DNA of 64,000 nucleotides from an uncultured candidatus Porisulfidus sp. GTDB taxonomy: Bacteria > Pseudomonadota > Gammaproteobacteria > Poriferisulfidales > Poriferisulfidaceae. The stretch is taken from contig OZ220480.1 of assembly GCA_965116025.1 (NCBI GenBank), positions 800,001 to 864,000 on the forward strand, written 5' to 3'. The notes beneath the pieces are model-generated. The model searched no databases and had not been told where the DNA came from. It worked only from the letters and a program-made list of their open reading frames with translations. This document shows, piece by piece, positions 59,930-64,000 of this stretch; the stretch's first letter is position 1; each line of letters starts with the position of its first letter. The position numbers were made by a program, and so were the translations under genes.

Positions 59930-60871
59930 ATGAGCCATACCCAAGCCACCCCCGCCCCGACCCGCCTGCAGCGCAGCGAGCTGGCGGTGCCGGGATCCAA
60001 TCCGGCGCTGTTCGAGAAGGCGCTGAGTTCCGCGGTCGACTACGTCTTTCTCGACTTGGAGGACGCGGTCGCGCCGGGAGACAAGGAGCGAGCTCGGAGC
60101 AACGTCATCGAGGCCCTGCGCGACCTCGACTGGCGCGGCGCGGGCAAGACCATCTCGGTGCGCATCAACGGGCTGGATACCCACTACATGTACCGCGACG
60201 TGGTGGATCTGATGGAACGGGCCGGCGACCGGCTGGACACGATCCTGATCCCGAAGGTGGGCGTGCCCGCGGACGTCTATATGGTCGAGGCGATGGTGAG
60301 CCAGATTGAGCAAGGCATGGGTTTCGAGACCCGGGTCGGTCTGGAGGCCCTGATCGAGACGGCGCTCGGCATGGCCAACGTCGAGGCGACCGCCGCGTAT
60401 GGCGGGCGTTTGGAGGCGTTGCATTTCGGGGTGGCCGACTACGCCGCCTCCAACCGCGCGCGCACGGTCAACATCGGCGGGCTGAACCCCGACTACCCGG
60501 GGGACCAGTGGCACTTCGCCCTGTCCCGGATGACGGTCGCGTGCCGGGCGCATGGCCTGCGGGCGATCGACGGGCCATTTGGCGATTTCAAGGATCCAGA
60601 CGCTTACCGCGCGGCGGCGCGGCGGGCCGCCGCGCTGGGTATCGAGGGCAAGTGGGCGATCCACCCGTCCCAGATCGAGCTGGCCAACGAGATATTCTCT
60701 CCGCCGGAAGCGGAGGTGGATCGGGCCCGGCGGATTCTGAAGGAACTGGAGGTCGCGGCGGCGGAAGGCCGGGGCGCGGCCGCCGTCGACGGAAAGATGA
60801 TCGACGCCGCGTCGGCCCGGATGGCCGAGAACGTGGTTCGCCTCGCGGAGGCGATCGAGGCGCGCGGCTGA
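59930..60871 (+). CDS. mcl: L-malyl-CoA lyase
   Basis: RSELAVPGSN, DLEDAVAP, RINGLDTHYMYRDV, HFGVADYAAS and GKWAIHPSQI motifs. Confidence 0.9.
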   Translation: MSHTQATPAPTRLQRSELAVPGSNPALFEKALSSAVDYVFLDLEDAVAPGDKERARSNVIEALRDLDWRGAGKTISVRINGLDTHYMYRDVVDLMERAGDRLDTILIPKVGVPADVYMVEAMVSQIEQGMGFETRVGLEALIETALGMANVEATAAYGGRLEALHFGVADYAASNRARTVNIGGLNPDYPGDQWHFALSRMTVACRAHGLRAIDGPFGDFKDPDAYRAAARRAAALGIEGKWAIHPSQIELANEIFSPPEAEVDRARRILKELEVAAAEGRGAAAVDGKMIDAASARMAENVVRLAEAIEARG

Positions 60872-60890
60872 ACCGGCCGAGGAGGCAATC

Positions 60891-62060
60891 ATGCACATCC
60901 ACGAATATCAGGCCAAGGAGATCCTGGCCAACTACGGGATCCAGACGCAGCCAGGCACGCTGGTCTACAGCCCCGACCAGGCGGTGGCCGCCTACAACTC
61001 GCAAGGTTCCGCGGTGTGCGCGGTCAAGGCGCAGATCCATTCCGGCGCGCGCGGCAAGGCTGGCGGCATCCGGCTGTGCCGCAGCAACGACGAGGTTCGC
61101 CGCGCCGCGGACGAGATGCTCGGCGAGCGGCTGGTGACCCATCAGACCGGATCCGCCGGCAAGCTGGTGCAGAAGCTTTACGTCGAGGCTGGCGTCGACA
61201 TCGACCGCGAGATATACCTAGCGTTTGTGCTGGACCGAGCCAAGCAACGGCACGTCGCCGTCGCTTCCGCCGAGGGCGGCGTGGAAATCGAGCAGCTGGC
61301 CCACGAGAAGCCGGAGAGCATCCTGCGCATCAGCATCGATCCGGCCTCCGGCATGCGCCACTTCCAGGCGCAGGAGTTGGCCTTTGGGCTGGGACTGGAG
61401 GCGGACCTCGTGAAGCAGGCGGTAGGCACGTTCCGTGGCCTGTACAAGGCGATGGTCGAGCTGGACGCGAGCATGGTCGAGATCAACCCGCTGGTGGTGA
61501 CCCGGGACCGGCGCCTGATCGCGCTGGACGCCAAGATGGAATTCGACGACAATGCGCTGTTCCGGCACCGCGAGGTCGCGGAGCTGCGCGACATGTCGCA
61601 GGAAGACCCGCGCGAGACCGCGGCCTCCGACCACGACCTCAGCTACGTGGGCTTGGACGGCGACATCGGCTGCATGATCAACGGGGCCGGGCTCGCCATG
61701 GCCACCATGGACATGATCAAGCTGTCCGGCGGCGAGCCGGCCAATTTCCTCGACATCGGCGGCGGAGCGTCGCCGGAGCGGGTGGCCAAGGCCTTCGAGC
61801 TGGTGCTGCAGGACGGCAACGTCAAGGCCATGCTCGTGAACATCTTCGCGGGGATCAACCGGTGCGACTGGATCGCCGAGGGCCTGATCAAGGCGCTGGG
61901 CGTGGTCGATCTGGGCGTGCCCTTGGTGGTGCGCCTGTCGGGCACCAATGTGGAGGAAGGCACCCGGATGCTGCGCGACAGCGGGCTGCCCATCATCATG
62001 GCCGACACGCTGGCCGACGCCGCCGAGCGGGCGGTGGCCGCGCGCGGACAGGGAGGTTGA
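60891..62060 (+). CDS. mtkA: Malate-CoA ligase beta subunit
   Basis: IHEYQAKE, KAQIHSGARGKAGG and NIFAGINRCDW (Mtk-type rather than SucC GGIMRCD); sga/mcl context. Confidence 0.88.
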   Translation: MHIHEYQAKEILANYGIQTQPGTLVYSPDQAVAAYNSQGSAVCAVKAQIHSGARGKAGGIRLCRSNDEVRRAADEMLGERLVTHQTGSAGKLVQKLYVEAGVDIDREIYLAFVLDRAKQRHVAVASAEGGVEIEQLAHEKPESILRISIDPASGMRHFQAQELAFGLGLEADLVKQAVGTFRGLYKAMVELDASMVEINPLVVTRDRRLIALDAKMEFDDNALFRHREVAELRDMSQEDPRETAASDHDLSYVGLDGDIGCMINGAGLAMATMDMIKLSGGEPANFLDIGGGASPERVAKAFELVLQDGNVKAMLVNIFAGINRCDWIAEGLIKALGVVDLGVPLVVRLSGTNVEEGTRMLRDSGLPIIMADTLADAAERAVAARGQGG

Positions 62061-62064
62061 CGCG

Positions 62065-62952
<888 letters not shown>

Positions 62953-62960
62953 GAGAGCGC

Positions 62961-63932
62961 ATGTCAAAACCCAAAGTCATCGCCACGCGCCGCTGGCCCG
63001 AGCCGGTCGAGGCGCGTCTGTTCGAGAGCTACGATTTCACGCTCAACGAGGACGACCATCCGATGAGCGCCGACGAGTTGCGCCAGGCTTTGCGCGAATA
63101 CGACGCGGTCTGCCCGACCGTGACCGACCCGATCACTTCCGACGTGCTCGGAATCGACGGGATCCGCGCGCGAATACTCGGAAACTTCGGGGTCGGCTTC
63201 AACCACATCGACCTGGACGCCGCCACGCGCGCCGGCCTCGTCGTGACCAACACGCCGGAGGTCCTCACCGACTGCACGGCGGATATCGCCATGAACTTGC
63301 TGCTGACCGTCGCCCGGCGCACCGGCGAGGGCGAGCGGCATCTGCGGGCCGAGGAGTGGGCCGGCTGGCGCCCGACCCATATGCTGGGGACCAAGGTGAC
63401 CGGCAAGACCCTGGGGTGCGTCGGTTTCGGGCGCATCGCCCAGGCCATGGCGCGGCGTTGCCATTTCGGGTTCGGCATGCCGGTGATCTTCCACGACCCG
63501 TATCCGCCGAAGCCGGAGGTGGTGGAGGAATTCCAGGCGGTCGCCTGCGACTCCGTCGAGGAGGTTCTGGAGCGCGCGGACTTCGTGTCTCTGCATTGCC
63601 CCGGCGGCGAGTCCACCTATCACTTGATCAACGAGGAGCGGTTGGCGCGGATGAAGCCGTCCGCGTTCCTGATCAACTCCGCGCGCGGCGACATCATCGA
63701 CAACCAGGCCTTGATCGCGGCCCTGAGAGACGGCGTCATCGCGGGGGCCGGGCTCGACGTCTTCGAGGGCGAGCCGGAGCTGGATCCCCGCTTTCTGGAC
63801 CTTGAGAACGCGGTTCTGCTGCCGCATCTGGGCAGCGCTTCGACCGAGACCCGGATCGCCATGGGCATGCGGGTCGTAGAGAACCTGGACCTTTTCTTCT
63901 CCGAGCGGGAGCCGCGCGACCGCGTCGCCTGA
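62961..63932 (+). CDS. D-2-hydroxyacid dehydrogenase (hydroxypyruvate/glyoxylate reductase)
   Basis: GVGFNHID, VTNTP, GFGRIA, INSARG, GLDVFE.EP and PHLGSA motifs. Confidence 0.88.
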   Translation: MSKPKVIATRRWPEPVEARLFESYDFTLNEDDHPMSADELRQALREYDAVCPTVTDPITSDVLGIDGIRARILGNFGVGFNHIDLDAATRAGLVVTNTPEVLTDCTADIAMNLLLTVARRTGEGERHLRAEEWAGWRPTHMLGTKVTGKTLGCVGFGRIAQAMARRCHFGFGMPVIFHDPYPPKPEVVEEFQAVACDSVEEVLERADFVSLHCPGGESTYHLINEERLARMKPSAFLINSARGDIIDNQALIAALRDGVIAGAGLDVFEGEPELDPRFLDLENAVLLPHLGSASTETRIAMGMRVVENLDLFFSEREPRDRVA

Positions 63933-64000
63933 ACGCCCGGCCCGGGCTCGGTCCAGACCGCATGCCGTCCGAAGCCGCCTCTCCCGCCGACCGCCCGGAA

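Overview
High-GC, gammaproteobacterial-type chromosome segment. A marine sponge symbiont is suggested by the srp-like RiPP genes, but this is inference. The core backbone is dapF-DUF484-xerC-DUF971-ubiE // ubiJ-ubiB-uvrD-dctP // dctMQ // murJ-ribF-ileS-lspA // tRNA-Glu(CTC) // sga-mcl-mtkAB-hpr. Four accessory blocks interrupt it. (1) 1-11.5 kb: a decaying RiPP locus with a YcaO cyclodehydratase, a prenyltransferase-like ORF, a fragmented MMPL transporter and an unannotated NHLP precursor (two frameshifts, core LCCCL). It is split by IS elements, an RTX protein gene and a broken phage terminase. (2) 15-26.4 kb, between ubiE and ubiJ: a glycosyltransferase plus a 9-gene minus-strand envelope operon encoding one ExbB/MotA, two different ExbD-like-TM/VWA proteins, a PEGA-FGE protein, a lipoprotein and a protein built from 303-bp repeats. 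(3) 31.9-36.8 kb: small exported proteins and a DNA methyltransferase between dctP and dctMQ. (4) 46-58.4 kb: a defence-type island around the tRNA with a HelD-like helicase, an orphan antitoxin, a DprA-like gene, an ATPase-TOPRIM protein, a methyltransferase, a ubiquitin-like/E1/DUF6527 operon and IS30. The most striking small-scale signal is a transposase broken by an exact 28-bp duplication around a 33-bp foreign insert, the geometry of an off-target type I-E Cas1-Cas2 spacer integration. Family calls come from motif recognition only; no searches were run.
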